Shown here: one piece after another, positions 19,159 to 28,445 of the stretch
How positions within the stretch are numbered: the first letter of the stretch is position 1
How the letters are laid out: each line of letters starts with the position of its first letter
DNA from: an uncultured Gammaproteobacteria bacterium
GTDB lineage: Bacteria > Patescibacteriota > Microgenomatia > Woykebacterales > RBG-16-39-9b
Direction of reading: 5' to 3'
DNA length: 64,000 nucleotides
Assembly (NCBI GenBank): GCA_965231125.1
Contig: OZ246414.1
Coordinates: 448,137 to 512,136 of the forward strand
Made by a program: the position numbers and the translations under genes
Notes under the pieces: generated by a model
Database searches by the model: none
What the model was told of the DNA's origin: nothing
Seen by the model: the letters and a program-made list of their open reading frames with translations, nothing else

Positions 19159-19268
19159 GTTTTAAGATGATGGAAGAATTCAAAAGTAAAAAAATTGCAT
19201 AGCCTTTATGGCGCAGCAACCGACAATGTTTTAAAGAGAAAACACCTAAATTATGAGAATATTGTGCT

Positions 19269-20645
19269 ATGAATAAAGTAGATTTCAAAAATAAAAAGGT
19301 TGCTATTTTGGGTTTAGGTATTGAAGGTCTTTCCAGTCTTAAATACCTTGTTAAGCATGGGGCGCAAGTTTCCGTTTTGGACGAAAAGGAGGAAGACCAA
19401 ATCGATTCGGTAATTTTAAGTGAGGCGAAAAAACTTGCTTCCGGCTTTTCGTTTGGAAAAAATTACTTATCGAACCTTGCCGACTTTAACATGATTAGTC
19501 GTTCCCCTGGGGTTCGTCCGGATCTTCCGGAAATTCTCGAAGCAAAAGACCGTGGTGTAGAGGTTGCAAGCAACATGAAGTTGTTTTTCGACCACAGCGG
19601 GGCAAAAATTATTGGTGTTACCGGAACGAAGGGGAAGGGCACAACTACCACTTTGATTGGCGAAATGTTGAAGAAAGGTGGGTACAAGGCTTTCGTTGGT
19701 GGAAATATTGGGCAACCGCCACTTGATTTTCTTGATGATGTGGGCTCTCGTGATTGGGTAGTGCTGGAATTGTCCAGCTTTCAACTAATGGACATGGAGA
19801 AAAGCCCCCATATCGCCGTGGTTTTAATGGTGACAAGTGAGCATTTGGATTGGCACAAAAATTCGAAAGAGTACGTAGACGCGAAGTACAATATTGTTTC
19901 TCACCAAACGGAAAAGGATTTAGCCGTCATCAACTCTGACTATCGTTCTTCCGTGGTTTTTGCGCAACATTCGAAAGCAGAAAAAGTTTGGGTTAGTCTC
20001 GCGAATGAAGAGGATCCGGGAGTGTTTGTTAAAGACGACAAAATTTGGCGCTGGTTCCGCGGTAAACACGAGGAAATTATTAATACTAGTGAGGTAATGT
20101 TGCCCGGCCGCCACAACTTGGAAAATGCTTGCGCGGCGGTTGCAACTGCGTCCGTTGTGGGAGTTTCAGCTAGCGATATCCGTAACGTTCTGCGCGAATT
20201 TCCAGGTTTGGAGCATCGGCTTGAACTCGTTCGAGAATGGGAAGGGAAAAGTTTCTACAATGATACCTTTTCGACCACTCCAGAAACAGCAATCGCGGCA
20301 CTTAGATCTTTTGAGAAACCAATGACAGTGATTCTGGGTGGAAGTTCAAAGAATTCGGATTATACCGAGCTTGGGGAAGAAGTTGTTAATAATAAGCATT
20401 TGGTTAACGTAGTGTTAATCGGAGAAACAGCGGGGGAGATTGAAAAGGCAATCAAAAGAGCCGGCAAGCCAAAAGCAAAATTGCTACATGGAAAAGGGGA
20501 TTTCGAAGAAATCATTAAACTCGCTACTCAGGTTACCCCCAAAGGTGGAATCGTATTACTCTCCCCCGCCTGCGCAAGTTTTGATATGTTCGAGAACTAC
20601 AAAAAAAGGGGCGAACAATTTAAACGGATTGTAAACTCTTTTTAA
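19269..20645 (+). CDS. murD: UDP-N-acetylmuramoylalanine--D-glutamate ligase
   Basis: KKVAILGLGIEGLS Rossmann start, GTKGKGTTTT P-loop; 458 aa. Confidence 0.8.
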   Translation: MNKVDFKNKKVAILGLGIEGLSSLKYLVKHGAQVSVLDEKEEDQIDSVILSEAKKLASGFSFGKNYLSNLADFNMISRSPGVRPDLPEILEAKDRGVEVASNMKLFFDHSGAKIIGVTGTKGKGTTTTLIGEMLKKGGYKAFVGGNIGQPPLDFLDDVGSRDWVVLELSSFQLMDMEKSPHIAVVLMVTSEHLDWHKNSKEYVDAKYNIVSHQTEKDLAVINSDYRSSVVFAQHSKAEKVWVSLANEEDPGVFVKDDKIWRWFRGKHEEIINTSEVMLPGRHNLENACAAVATASVVGVSASDIRNVLREFPGLEHRLELVREWEGKSFYNDTFSTTPETAIAALRSFEKPMTVILGGSSKNSDYTELGEEVVNNKHLVNVVLIGETAGEIEKAIKRAGKPKAKLLHGKGDFEEIIKLATQVTPKGGIVLLSPACASFDMFENYKKRGEQFKRIVNSF

Positions 20646-21394
20646 AGGAATTTAAAGGTTGAGATTATTTCCTCAGCTAATGTTGAAGGTCTATATACTA
20701 TCTCAAAGATATTGCCGTTAGTCTCAGTTATAAGAATTGTTAGGGACTTGTTTTCAAAAAGTACATAACCACTGCTCGTATGGTAGGAGTTGGAACCAGA
20801 GAATGTGTAACGGAAAGCGGTGCTGCCGGCGACATCAGTTTTATCTAGAGATGATATTTCCTTTGCGCTTTTCTTGTTTAAGCCATAAGTTTTTTGAGCA
20901 ATTTCTTCTAGATCTCCTGAAGTATTGTCTTTTTTATTAACTTCAATAATGACCGATGTATCTTCCTTAGAACTATAACTGATATTTAACTGTCCTTTCT
21001 CGAAACTCTTTCTGGGCTTCCAATTAGTAAATGCTACTATTCCAGAATCCTTTGTATCAGAAATATCTGCTGTTGTAGCACCTGTACTTATCACCTGATT
21101 AAGCACATTTATTTCTTTAGGATATTTCATACTATATTTGTATTTTGAATTTGTATATACCTTCCAATCAGCAGTTTCGTTTTTGGTAGCGGAATTGGTA
21201 GCAGTTTTGGTTGTTGGAGTTTGGGTTGGAGTTTCTTTTGGTTTTGAAGAGTAAGCATCGTAAGCGAAAAAACCGCCTCCAAGTAGTAGCATACCGGCTG
21301 CTACGCCAATTAATATATGTAACCAATTTAGACCAGATTTTACTTGCGGAGGTTGTGTCGGAGCCGTTTGTTGGTATTTAGATTCTTCAGGCAT
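20642..21394 (-). CDS. membrane-anchored secreted protein, paralog family member B (C-terminal ...IISTFKFL)
   Basis: Same architecture as family member A: MPEES...TAPTQPPQ N-terminus, TM, TPTQTPTTKTATNSATKNE linker, TADWKVY...KYP motif, conserved C-terminus. Confidence 0.5.
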   Translation of the reverse strand: MPEESKYQQTAPTQPPQVKSGLNWLHILIGVAAGMLLLGGGFFAYDAYSSKPKETPTQTPTTKTATNSATKNETADWKVYTNSKYKYSMKYPKEINVLNQVISTGATTADISDTKDSGIVAFTNWKPRKSFEKGQLNISYSSKEDTSVIIEVNKKDNTSGDLEEIAQKTYGLNKKSAKEISSLDKTDVAGSTAFRYTFSGSNSYHTSSGYVLFENKSLTILITETNGNIFEIVYRPSTLAEEIISTFKFL

Positions 21395-21448
21395 TATTTT
21401 AAGTATACTACAAGCAAAACTCGTTTTGCAAACATATAAGCACTAAAA

Positions 21449-21472
21449 GTACAATATACCAGTATATTGTAC
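21449..21472. promoter_or_regulatory. second copy of the 24-bp perfect palindrome (GTACAATATAC-CA-GTATATTGTAC)
   Basis: Lies in the divergent intergenic region between paralog B and ftsW; the arm change is compensated, so the palindrome stays perfect. Confidence 0.45.
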
Positions 21473-21502
21473 GTATTGTATGAAACCAAACAAGAAATTA
21501 AC

Positions 21503-21542
21503 CCTGTAACCCACTAACCTACAAACCCTCTAACCCACCAAT
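21503..21542. repeat. five tandem 8-bp units CCC[TA][GC]TAA
   Basis: CCCTGTAA CCCACTAA CCTACAAA CCCTCTAA CCCACCAA directly upstream of the ftsW promoter region. Confidence 0.5.
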
Positions 21543-21589
21543 TGTTGTCCTAGAGTAACATTACTGATATACTAAGTTTTGGCCTGCCT

Positions 21590-22684
21590 ATGAAAGCAAA
21601 ATCTCAAACACACCGCCCGGATATAATCCTTCTTTCCACCAGCGTCTTAGTCATTCTCTTTGGGCTTTTAATGGTTTACGATGCCTCGCCGGTTACCGCT
21701 TTGCGGGATTTTGGCGATCCATTTTATTTAGCCCGCCTTCAATTAATTTGGGCTGTGGCTGCTCTTGCCGCCGGAATAGTCGCTTACAAAATTAATTACA
21801 AAATCCTTAACACGCTGTCGCCACTAATTATTTTGGGAGCTGTCTCCCTACTGCTTGCAGTTTTCATTCCTGGTGTTGGGGTGCGGATTTATGGCGCGCA
21901 GCGCTGGATTAGTGTTGGCGGGATCTTTTCTCTGCAGCCAGCGGAAATTGTAAAACTTGCTTACGTTATCTACCTAGCAAGCTGGCTTTCAAAAAAAGCG
22001 AGACTGGCACCATTTATATTTGTTACCGCTCTCGTGGCCGGGGTTGTTTTACTCCAGAAAGATTTAGGAACGACTGTGGTTATCTCCGCAACCGGCCTGA
22101 TACTTTACTTTTTGGCAGAAGCGCCTTTAATCCACTTTTTTACTTTAATTCCGGCTGGCATTTTAGCAGCCGCAGTTTTTATTTTAAGTTCGGATTACCG
22201 CCGGGCCCGACTTTTAAGTTTTTTGAACCCCAACGCCGACCCCCAAGGAGCTTCTTACCATATCAATCAGATTCTAATCGCCTTAGGGTCCGGAGGCCTT
22301 TTGGGTGTTGGTTTGGGGGAATCCAGGCAAAAGTACGGTTTTATTCCCGAAGTTACAACTGACTCGATATTTGCTGTTATCGGCAATGAACTTGGTTTTA
22401 TCGGAGCAACGATACTAATTATTTTGTTTTTGGCGGTTGTCACTCGCGGTTTTCAAATAGCCAGAAAAACAGATGATAAATTTGGCAAACTTTTAGCCGC
22501 CGGAATAGCGTCTTGGATTGGGGTTCAAACTTTCATCAATCTAGCCGGTATGGTGGCTCTTCTACCCTTAACTGGTGTTCCGCTTCCGCTTATCTCTTAT
22601 GGAGGCAGTTCCTTGGTATCAACCGTAGTTGGTGTAGCTTTGCTCCTTAACATTTCGAGATTTACTTCAAAGAATATTAGTTAG
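21590..22684 (+). CDS. ftsW: SEDS-family peptidoglycan glycosyltransferase FtsW
   Basis: Polytopic membrane protein with SEDS conserved blocks; position between murD and murG. Confidence 0.75.
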   Translation: MKAKSQTHRPDIILLSTSVLVILFGLLMVYDASPVTALRDFGDPFYLARLQLIWAVAALAAGIVAYKINYKILNTLSPLIILGAVSLLLAVFIPGVGVRIYGAQRWISVGGIFSLQPAEIVKLAYVIYLASWLSKKARLAPFIFVTALVAGVVLLQKDLGTTVVISATGLILYFLAEAPLIHFFTLIPAGILAAAVFILSSDYRRARLLSFLNPNADPQGASYHINQILIALGSGGLLGVGLGESRQKYGFIPEVTTDSIFAVIGNELGFIGATILIILFLAVVTRGFQIARKTDDKFGKLLAAGIASWIGVQTFINLAGMVALLPLTGVPLPLISYGGSSLVSTVVGVALLLNISRFTSKNIS

Positions 22685-22755
22685 GAGAGTTTTTTAGTGG
22701 TATAAGCGCAGATTACATCCGCGCTTGTATCATAAAATGATATAATATACTACCA

Positions 22756-23859
22756 ATGAAGATTGCACTTACTGGAGGGCACCTTACCACGGCACTTGCC
22801 GTCATCGATGAGTTAGAGAAGACTCAGGCGGAGCTGATTTTTTTAGGCAGAGCGACAGCTACCGAAGGGGATAAGGCTCCAAGTGCGGAATCTGTTATTG
22901 TACCTGGCTTGGGAATAAAGTTTTACCCAATTAAAGTTGGGAGACTTCAGCGGCGTTTTAGCCTTTATACAATACCAAGCATAGCTAGGGTCCCGGCCGG
23001 TTTTGTCCAGTCTCTAATTATTTTGGGTAAAGAAAGGCCAGACGCCATTGTTTCGTTTGGGAGCTACGTTGCTTTCCCGGTTGTTTTAGCAGGTTGGGTT
23101 CTTGGAATCCCGACAATAACTCACGAACAGACAGTTAAAGCCGGCCTTGCAAACAGGTTAATTTCTTTTTTCGCCAAAAAAGTCGCTGTCGCTTGGAAAG
23201 AGTCTTTAGAATATTTTCCTAAAGATAAAAGTGTTCTCGTCGGCAACCCGGTGCGGGCCGAACTCTTAAATTTAAAGAAAGTGAGAACTTCTCGGCCGGC
23301 AGTTTTAATTACTGGTGGAAACCAAGGTTCCCACGTAATAAATGAAGCAGTTACTGATATTCTTGCCGATTTATTAAAAAACTACGAAGTAATTCATCAG
23401 ACTGGTGGTAGTGAGGTTTACAAAGACTTCGAGAAACTTAAAGCCGCGAGCCGCCTGCTACCAAAAAAGCTCTCGTCTCGCTATAAAATAGCAAAATGGT
23501 TTAATACCAAAGAATTAATCGAGATCTTTTCGAGAGTAGATGTTTTGGTTGGTAGAGCCGGTGCCAATACAGTTAGCGAGGCAGCCGCCCTAGGGATACC
23601 GGCGGTTTTTATCCCGATACCGTGGGCAACTGGCGATGAGCAAACCAAAAACGCCAAGATTTTGGAAAGCATGGGTGCGGCTGTGATATTGCCACAAGAT
23701 AGACTCACCCCAAAAAGGCTTTTAAATAGTATCGATTATATTATAAAAAACTACAGAGACTTTAAATCAAAAGCGAGAGGGGCGAGAAGATTAGTGGATA
23801 ACAAGGCAGCGGCGAACTTTGCCCAAGAAATAGAAGCATTAGTTTCGTCTAATGTTTAA
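22756..23859 (+). CDS. murG: UDP-GlcNAc:undecaprenyl-PP-MurNAc-pentapeptide GlcNAc transferase
   Basis: MKIALTGGHLTTALAVID start, GT-B fold with ITGGNQGS motif; 367 aa. Confidence 0.85.
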   Translation: MKIALTGGHLTTALAVIDELEKTQAELIFLGRATATEGDKAPSAESVIVPGLGIKFYPIKVGRLQRRFSLYTIPSIARVPAGFVQSLIILGKERPDAIVSFGSYVAFPVVLAGWVLGIPTITHEQTVKAGLANRLISFFAKKVAVAWKESLEYFPKDKSVLVGNPVRAELLNLKKVRTSRPAVLITGGNQGSHVINEAVTDILADLLKNYEVIHQTGGSEVYKDFEKLKAASRLLPKKLSSRYKIAKWFNTKELIEIFSRVDVLVGRAGANTVSEAAALGIPAVFIPIPWATGDEQTKNAKILESMGAAVILPQDRLTPKRLLNSIDYIIKNYRDFKSKARGARRLVDNKAAANFAQEIEALVSSNV

Positions 23860-24340
23860 ATTTAGAAGAAGAAAATTTTCAGCGAAAAGAAAGAATTTGG
23901 TTTTTGATAAGCCTAATACAAAAATTAGAAGAATTTTGTTTTTTGTCGAAGTAGCCTTAGTTATTTTAGTTGTTTTAGGGGTGGGTTGGAGTTTGGGTAG
24001 GGTGTTTAAATTTTCACCCGATTTTTTTGGAGATAGTTTGGGAAGTGTATTTCCTAAGGGAGCATCTTCATTAACTCCCACAAAGACAAACGACAAGACC
24101 CAGCAGATATTAAACAATCTGCCAACGGGTTTATTTACGCTCAAAAATGTCAAGAGGAGGACAGCCGATTATTTGGTTGTCGTCTCTAAACAAAAAACAA
24201 CGGTAGTATTTTCTTTGAACAAAAATATTAATTTTCAGCTTACTACTTTACAAAATATTTTAACTAAGGCTAAAATAAATAGGAGAGGTGTTAGTCGAGT
24301 AGACCTGAGATTTGATAAAATTGTAGTTGTCTATAATTAA
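23852..24340 (+). CDS. small bitopic membrane protein, possible minimal FtsQ/DivIB-like
   Basis: Lys/Arg-rich cytoplasmic N-terminus, one TM, roughly 115-aa extracytoplasmic part; sits in the ftsQ position between murG and ftsA; no motif-level support. Confidence 0.3.
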   Translation: MFKFRRRKFSAKRKNLVFDKPNTKIRRILFFVEVALVILVVLGVGWSLGRVFKFSPDFFGDSLGSVFPKGASSLTPTKTNDKTQQILNNLPTGLFTLKNVKRRTADYLVVVSKQKTTVVFSLNKNINFQLTTLQNILTKAKINRRGVSRVDLRFDKIVVVYN

Positions 24341-24394
24341 CTAATCAACTGCCCATGGTTGTATAATAAATGGGGGATAGTTTTGGAGTAAAAA

Positions 24395-25672
24395 GTGGCA
24401 AAAGAAAGAATAATAGTCGGAGTAGACATTGGTTCATCAAAAATTGCGACGGTAGTAGCTTCTTTATCTTCTGAAGGCACTCCAACGGTGATTGGGGTTG
24501 CCACAGTTGCCTCCAAAGGAATTAGAAAAGGTCAAGTTGTTGATATCGATGAAGCAGTAGCCGCAATGTCTGAGGCTTTGGAACAAGCCGAACGAATGGC
24601 TGGTGTTTCCATAGGCAGCTCGTTTGTTTCTGTTGGAGGATCTCATATTAGCTCGGTTAACTCCCGTGGAGTTGTGGCGGTTGCGGGCGGTGAAAATGAA
24701 ATTACCGAAGAAGATGTTGCTAGAGTTACCGAGGCGGCTCGAGCGATTTCCATACCTTCATCGCGCGAAATAATTCACGTTATAGCCCGAGATTTTGTTG
24801 TTGATTCCCAAGAAGGTATTAAAGATCCGGTTGGGATGACTGGTGTTCGTCTTGAAGTTGAAACTCATATTATCTCCGGCGCTGTAACTTCGATGCGAAA
24901 TTTGGTTAAGTGTGTTCAGCAGATTGGTGTTGATGTGGAAGGATTAGTCTTTTCTGGGGTCGCTTCGGCCGAAAGCACTCTAACTGACACAGAAAAAGAG
25001 CTTGGTGTCGCTTTAGTAGATATTGGGGGCGGAACCACCGACGTTGCTTTATTTGTTGATGGGTCAATCGCTCATTCAGTGGTTATACCGATTGGTGGTA
25101 GGAATATCACCAATGATTTAGCAATTGGATTGCGCAGTTCCCTTGAAACGGCGGAAAAAATTAAGATCGCTATCTCCTCAGAGCCTAAGAAAATTACGGC
25201 AGAAGAGCCCGAAGAAGGCTCGAAAGAAAAATCTGATACTTTAGATGTTTCGAAGCTAGGAATAACTGAGGATTTAGGTGTGCTTTCCAAAAAGACTCTA
25301 CTTGAGGGAATAATAAAACCACGTCTTACTGAAATATTTACTTTAATTGGCATGGAAATAAAACGTTCTGGTTACGCTGGGCTTTTGCCGGCAGGTTTGG
25401 TTATTACCGGAGGGGCTGCCAAAACTATGGGTATTGAAGTGGTTGGTAAAGAAGTTTTACGGATGCCAGTCAGGGTTGCCGAACCTTCCGGAGTTGGTGG
25501 CATAATTGATGAGGTTTCGTCCCCAGATTATTCCGCTTCAATTGGTTTGATTCTTTACGGAGCAAAACTTAGTAGTGAGGGTTCTGGTATTAGCTTACCC
25601 ATCGGTAAGGGTGTAAATCTTCCGGGCTCTTTAAGGCGCATTATTTCTTGGCTGCGTTCTCTTATCCCCTGA
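24395..25672 (+). CDS. ftsA: cell division protein FtsA
   Basis: IVGVDIGSSKIATVVA actin-fold start, 425 aa; GTG start with GGAG SD. Confidence 0.85.
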   Translation: MAKERIIVGVDIGSSKIATVVASLSSEGTPTVIGVATVASKGIRKGQVVDIDEAVAAMSEALEQAERMAGVSIGSSFVSVGGSHISSVNSRGVVAVAGGENEITEEDVARVTEAARAISIPSSREIIHVIARDFVVDSQEGIKDPVGMTGVRLEVETHIISGAVTSMRNLVKCVQQIGVDVEGLVFSGVASAESTLTDTEKELGVALVDIGGGTTDVALFVDGSIAHSVVIPIGGRNITNDLAIGLRSSLETAEKIKIAISSEPKKITAEEPEEGSKEKSDTLDVSKLGITEDLGVLSKKTLLEGIIKPRLTEIFTLIGMEIKRSGYAGLLPAGLVITGGAAKTMGIEVVGKEVLRMPVRVAEPSGVGGIIDEVSSPDYSASIGLILYGAKLSSEGSGISLPIGKGVNLPGSLRRIISWLRSLIP

Positions 25673-25731
25673 ACCGGCTTAAAGATTGACAAATTTGACA
25701 AAAGTGTTAAATTAAGTGTACTCTTTTTCCT

Positions 25732-26826
25732 ATGCTGATAAAACCGGAAGTTAATCGATTTGCAAAGATAAAAGTTATTGGTATTGGTGGCGGTGGTTGT
25801 AACGCTCTAAACTCCATGATTAGTCTCCAACAAATCCAGGGCGTCGATTTTATCGGTGTAAATACCGATGCTCAGGCGCTTCTTACTTGTCAAGCTCCAA
25901 CTAAAGTCCAAATTGGTGAACAACTCACCCGCGGTTTAGGTTCGGGTGGAGATCCAGAAATTGGTCGAAAAGCATCCGAAGAATCCGTAGAGAAACTTAC
26001 TGAGGTGGTTGCCGATGCCGACATGGTTTTTATCACGGCCGGTATGGGTGGTGGTACTGGTACTGGGGCTTCTCCGTCGATTGCTGATGCTGCCAGAAAA
26101 AGTGGCGCCCTGACAGTGGCAGTTGTGACAAAGCCGTTTTCTTTTGAAGGTGCACAGAGGCGTTTAGCCAGCGAAGAGGGAATCGACAATCTTAAAGACA
26201 AAGTGGACACTATGATTGTTATCCCCAACCAGAGGCTTTTAGATGTAGTTGATAAAAAGATGAGTCTTTTAGAAGCTTTTAAAGTGGCCGACTCAGTTCT
26301 TGGGCAAGGTGTTCAAGGAATTTCCGATATAATTGTAATGCCAGGATTGATTAACGTAGATTTTGCGGACGTGCGCACAATTATGACCAACGCTGGTAGT
26401 GCTTTGATGGGTATTGGGTTTGGAACCGGCGAAGGAAAAGCCTCTTCTGCCGCCAGATCCGCCATCGCTTCCCCACTTCTTGAGGTTTCAATTGAAGGAG
26501 CGAAGGGGATTCTTTTCAATTTGACTGGTGGACCTGATCTTTCTATGTTTGAAGTGGATGAGGCGGCAAAAATTATCTCGTCAGCTGCCAATTCTGATGC
26601 CAACATAATTTTTGGGGCGGCTATTGATGAGTCTATGGTAGACCAAGTGAAAATAACCGTAATCGCCACTGGCTTCTCGGAAGATAAACTGCGATCGATC
26701 GAAGCCAAAGAAGCCGCTGAAGCTCTTCCTGATATTTCCGGAGGAAAAACCGATGGAAGTGGGGAAGGAAAGCAAGAAGAAGAACAAGACGAATTCGACA
26801 TCCCCGCATTTATGCGCCAACGCTAG
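25732..26826 (+). CDS. ftsZ: cell division GTPase FtsZ
   Basis: GIGGGGCNALNSM and GGGTGTG tubulin signature. Confidence 0.9.
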   Translation: MLIKPEVNRFAKIKVIGIGGGGCNALNSMISLQQIQGVDFIGVNTDAQALLTCQAPTKVQIGEQLTRGLGSGGDPEIGRKASEESVEKLTEVVADADMVFITAGMGGGTGTGASPSIADAARKSGALTVAVVTKPFSFEGAQRRLASEEGIDNLKDKVDTMIVIPNQRLLDVVDKKMSLLEAFKVADSVLGQGVQGISDIIVMPGLINVDFADVRTIMTNAGSALMGIGFGTGEGKASSAARSAIASPLLEVSIEGAKGILFNLTGGPDLSMFEVDEAAKIISSAANSDANIIFGAAIDESMVDQVKITVIATGFSEDKLRSIEAKEAAEALPDISGGKTDGSGEGKQEEEQDEFDIPAFMRQR

Positions 26827-26844
26827 ATTTCAGGTTTAACCATC

Positions 26845-26873
26845 TTGTTTTACAGTTTCCCTGATGGTACAAT
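26845..26873 (+). promoter_or_regulatory. sigma70-like promoter abutting the antitoxin start
   Basis: TTGTTT at 26845-50, 17-nt spacer, TACAAT at 26868-73; ATG at 26883 implies a leader of about 2-3 nt. Confidence 0.35.
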
Positions 26874-26882
26874 TTCACTAAT

Positions 26883-27083
26883 ATGAAGCCAAAAGTAGAT
26901 ACAGAGATTTACTCAACCAAAGATTATGTTTTGATTAAAGTACCTCGCAAAGTGGAAGGTAAAAGTACTAGTGGAAAAGGAATAGACGCCTTGCGTGGAG
27001 GCCTGAAAGATTCTTTCAAAGATATTTCCTCAGTGGACTTGCAGCATAAAATCGCAACTCTTTGGCAGAGAGCCCGCAAGTAG
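26883..27083 (+). CDS. small putative antitoxin (VapB-like) of a type II TA pair
   Basis: 66-aa protein immediately upstream of, and overlapping, the PIN-domain gene. Confidence 0.4.
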   Translation: MKPKVDTEIYSTKDYVLIKVPRKVEGKSTSGKGIDALRGGLKDSFKDISSVDLQHKIATLWQRARK

Positions 27084-27502
27084 ACCAAGTGAATAGGTAC
27101 CTCTTTGACACAAACATATTTCTAGAATTCCTTTTAGACCAAGAACGAGCAGATGAAGCTGAAACTCTTTTGAGGCAGCTTGGAGAAGGTAAAATCAATG
27201 CTTTTATAGCTACTTTTACACTACACTCAATTGAGGTTATATTGTTCTCTTCAGGTCAAATAGATTTGTTAATTTCCTTTATTGAGCAGTTATCAAACTT
27301 TAAAGGTTTGACTATTTACCCTACAAATTTAGAGGAAGAGTATGAAATTGCCCAGCTAACCAAGAAATTAAAGTTGGATTTTGACGATTCACTGCATTAT
27401 TATGTAGCGAAAAAGCTAAACCTGCAGCTAGTAAGTTTTGATAGACATTTTGACAAGGTAGATATTGCAAGAAAAGAGCCTAAAGACATAATTCAAGCTT
27501 AG
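27062..27502 (+). CDS. PIN-domain ribonuclease (VapC-like toxin)
   Basis: YLFDTNIF N-terminal PIN motif and C-terminal SFDRHF; the real start is possibly GTG at 27089, just after the antitoxin stop. Confidence 0.65.
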   Translation: MAESPQVDQVNRYLFDTNIFLEFLLDQERADEAETLLRQLGEGKINAFIATFTLHSIEVILFSSGQIDLLISFIEQLSNFKGLTIYPTNLEEEYEIAQLTKKLKLDFDDSLHYYVAKKLNLQLVSFDRHFDKVDIARKEPKDIIQA

Positions 27503-27551
27503 GGGTAAAAAGTTCTAGTCAAAGGTCTCTCTTGTTGACAGTATATTTATT

Positions 27552-28248
27552 TTGTATAATGAAACCATTCCTGAAGAAACTAATCAACCCGCACCAACTC
27601 AACCAACGCCCCAGGGATTTAATTGGAAGAATATTCTAATTGGAGTGGTTATTGGTGCAGTTCTTTGGTGGAGGTGGGTATTTAGTCTACAACGCCTATC
27701 AACCTAAGAAAGAAGAACCCAAACAAACCACAACAACCACAACCAAAACGGCTACACCTTCAGCCCAAAAAGATGAAACAGCAGGTTGGAAGGTTTATTC
27801 CGATACAGATGCTAAGTTTTCAATAAAATATCCAGATAATTGGTATTACAATGATTTCAAAAAGTACACCCGAGATAATTGTAAGAAAGAACCTGGTATA
27901 GTTGGAGGTATAGTTTTATCTTCGACGGAAAAAGATTTAAAGTGTGTTATTGGAGTACGTGGTCCTACTGGAAAAGTCTTGGCCGATTTTGAAGTCCAAG
28001 TCTTAGATGAGGAGTGGGGTGATATTGAAGTTCTTACTCAAATGGGTGGGAAAGCTGAAATGATTACAATTGATGGTGTTGGGGCCGCAAAATATATAAC
28101 AAGCGTTGGAGAGCCTGGGTGCGCATGTACTAGAATATATTTTGACAAGAGCGGTAGAGGTTACTACGTTGAGTTTGTAAATAAAGATTCAAAGGGAAAC
28201 CACGATTCGGTTTACGACAATATACTTTCAACCTTCAGATTTGAGTAA
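27552..28248 (+). pseudogene. paralog family member C, interrupted by a single-base frameshift (C-terminal ...ILSTFRFE)
   Basis: Frame A (27552-27707) encodes ...QPAPTQPTPQGFNWKNILIGVVIGAVLWW, matching paralog N-termini; frame B (27640-28248) continues GGGGYLVYNAY...TAGWKVY...; one extra T in the T-run at 27664-27666 relative to the paralogs. Confidence 0.45.
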
Positions 28249-28408
28249 CTCACTGCAGGCAATTTCCTCGACTGATTATTTTTCCTTACTTGCTTTGCAA
28301 TTTCTAAGGATATATAATTTGGCCAACAAACTATCTATTCACGTCACCATTTTTAATGAAAGGGGAAAGATTAGTGGAGGAAGACCAATATTCCTACTCC
28401 CCACTAAT

Positions 28409-28438
28409 TTGCCTAAATTATCTCTTCTAGATTATAAT
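28409..28438 (+). promoter_or_regulatory. sigma70-like promoter abutting the start of 28446..28958
   Basis: TTGCCT at 28409-14, 18-nt spacer, TATAAT at 28433-38; ATG at 28446 implies a leaderless or near-leaderless transcript. Confidence 0.35.
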
Positions 28439-28445
28439 TTAGTTA

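Noticed and set aside
21503-21542. Telomere-like CCCTAA-type repeat
   Set aside because: Only 5 degenerate 8-bp units inside a bacterial promoter region; nothing suggests a linear replicon end. Treated as a tandem-repeat or regulatory element.
25890-26820. Antisense ORFs of 112, 162 and 79 aa inside ftsZ
   Set aside because: They overlap a confidently identified gene on the other strand, consist of low-complexity Ser/Pro/Ala-rich translations, and have no start context.
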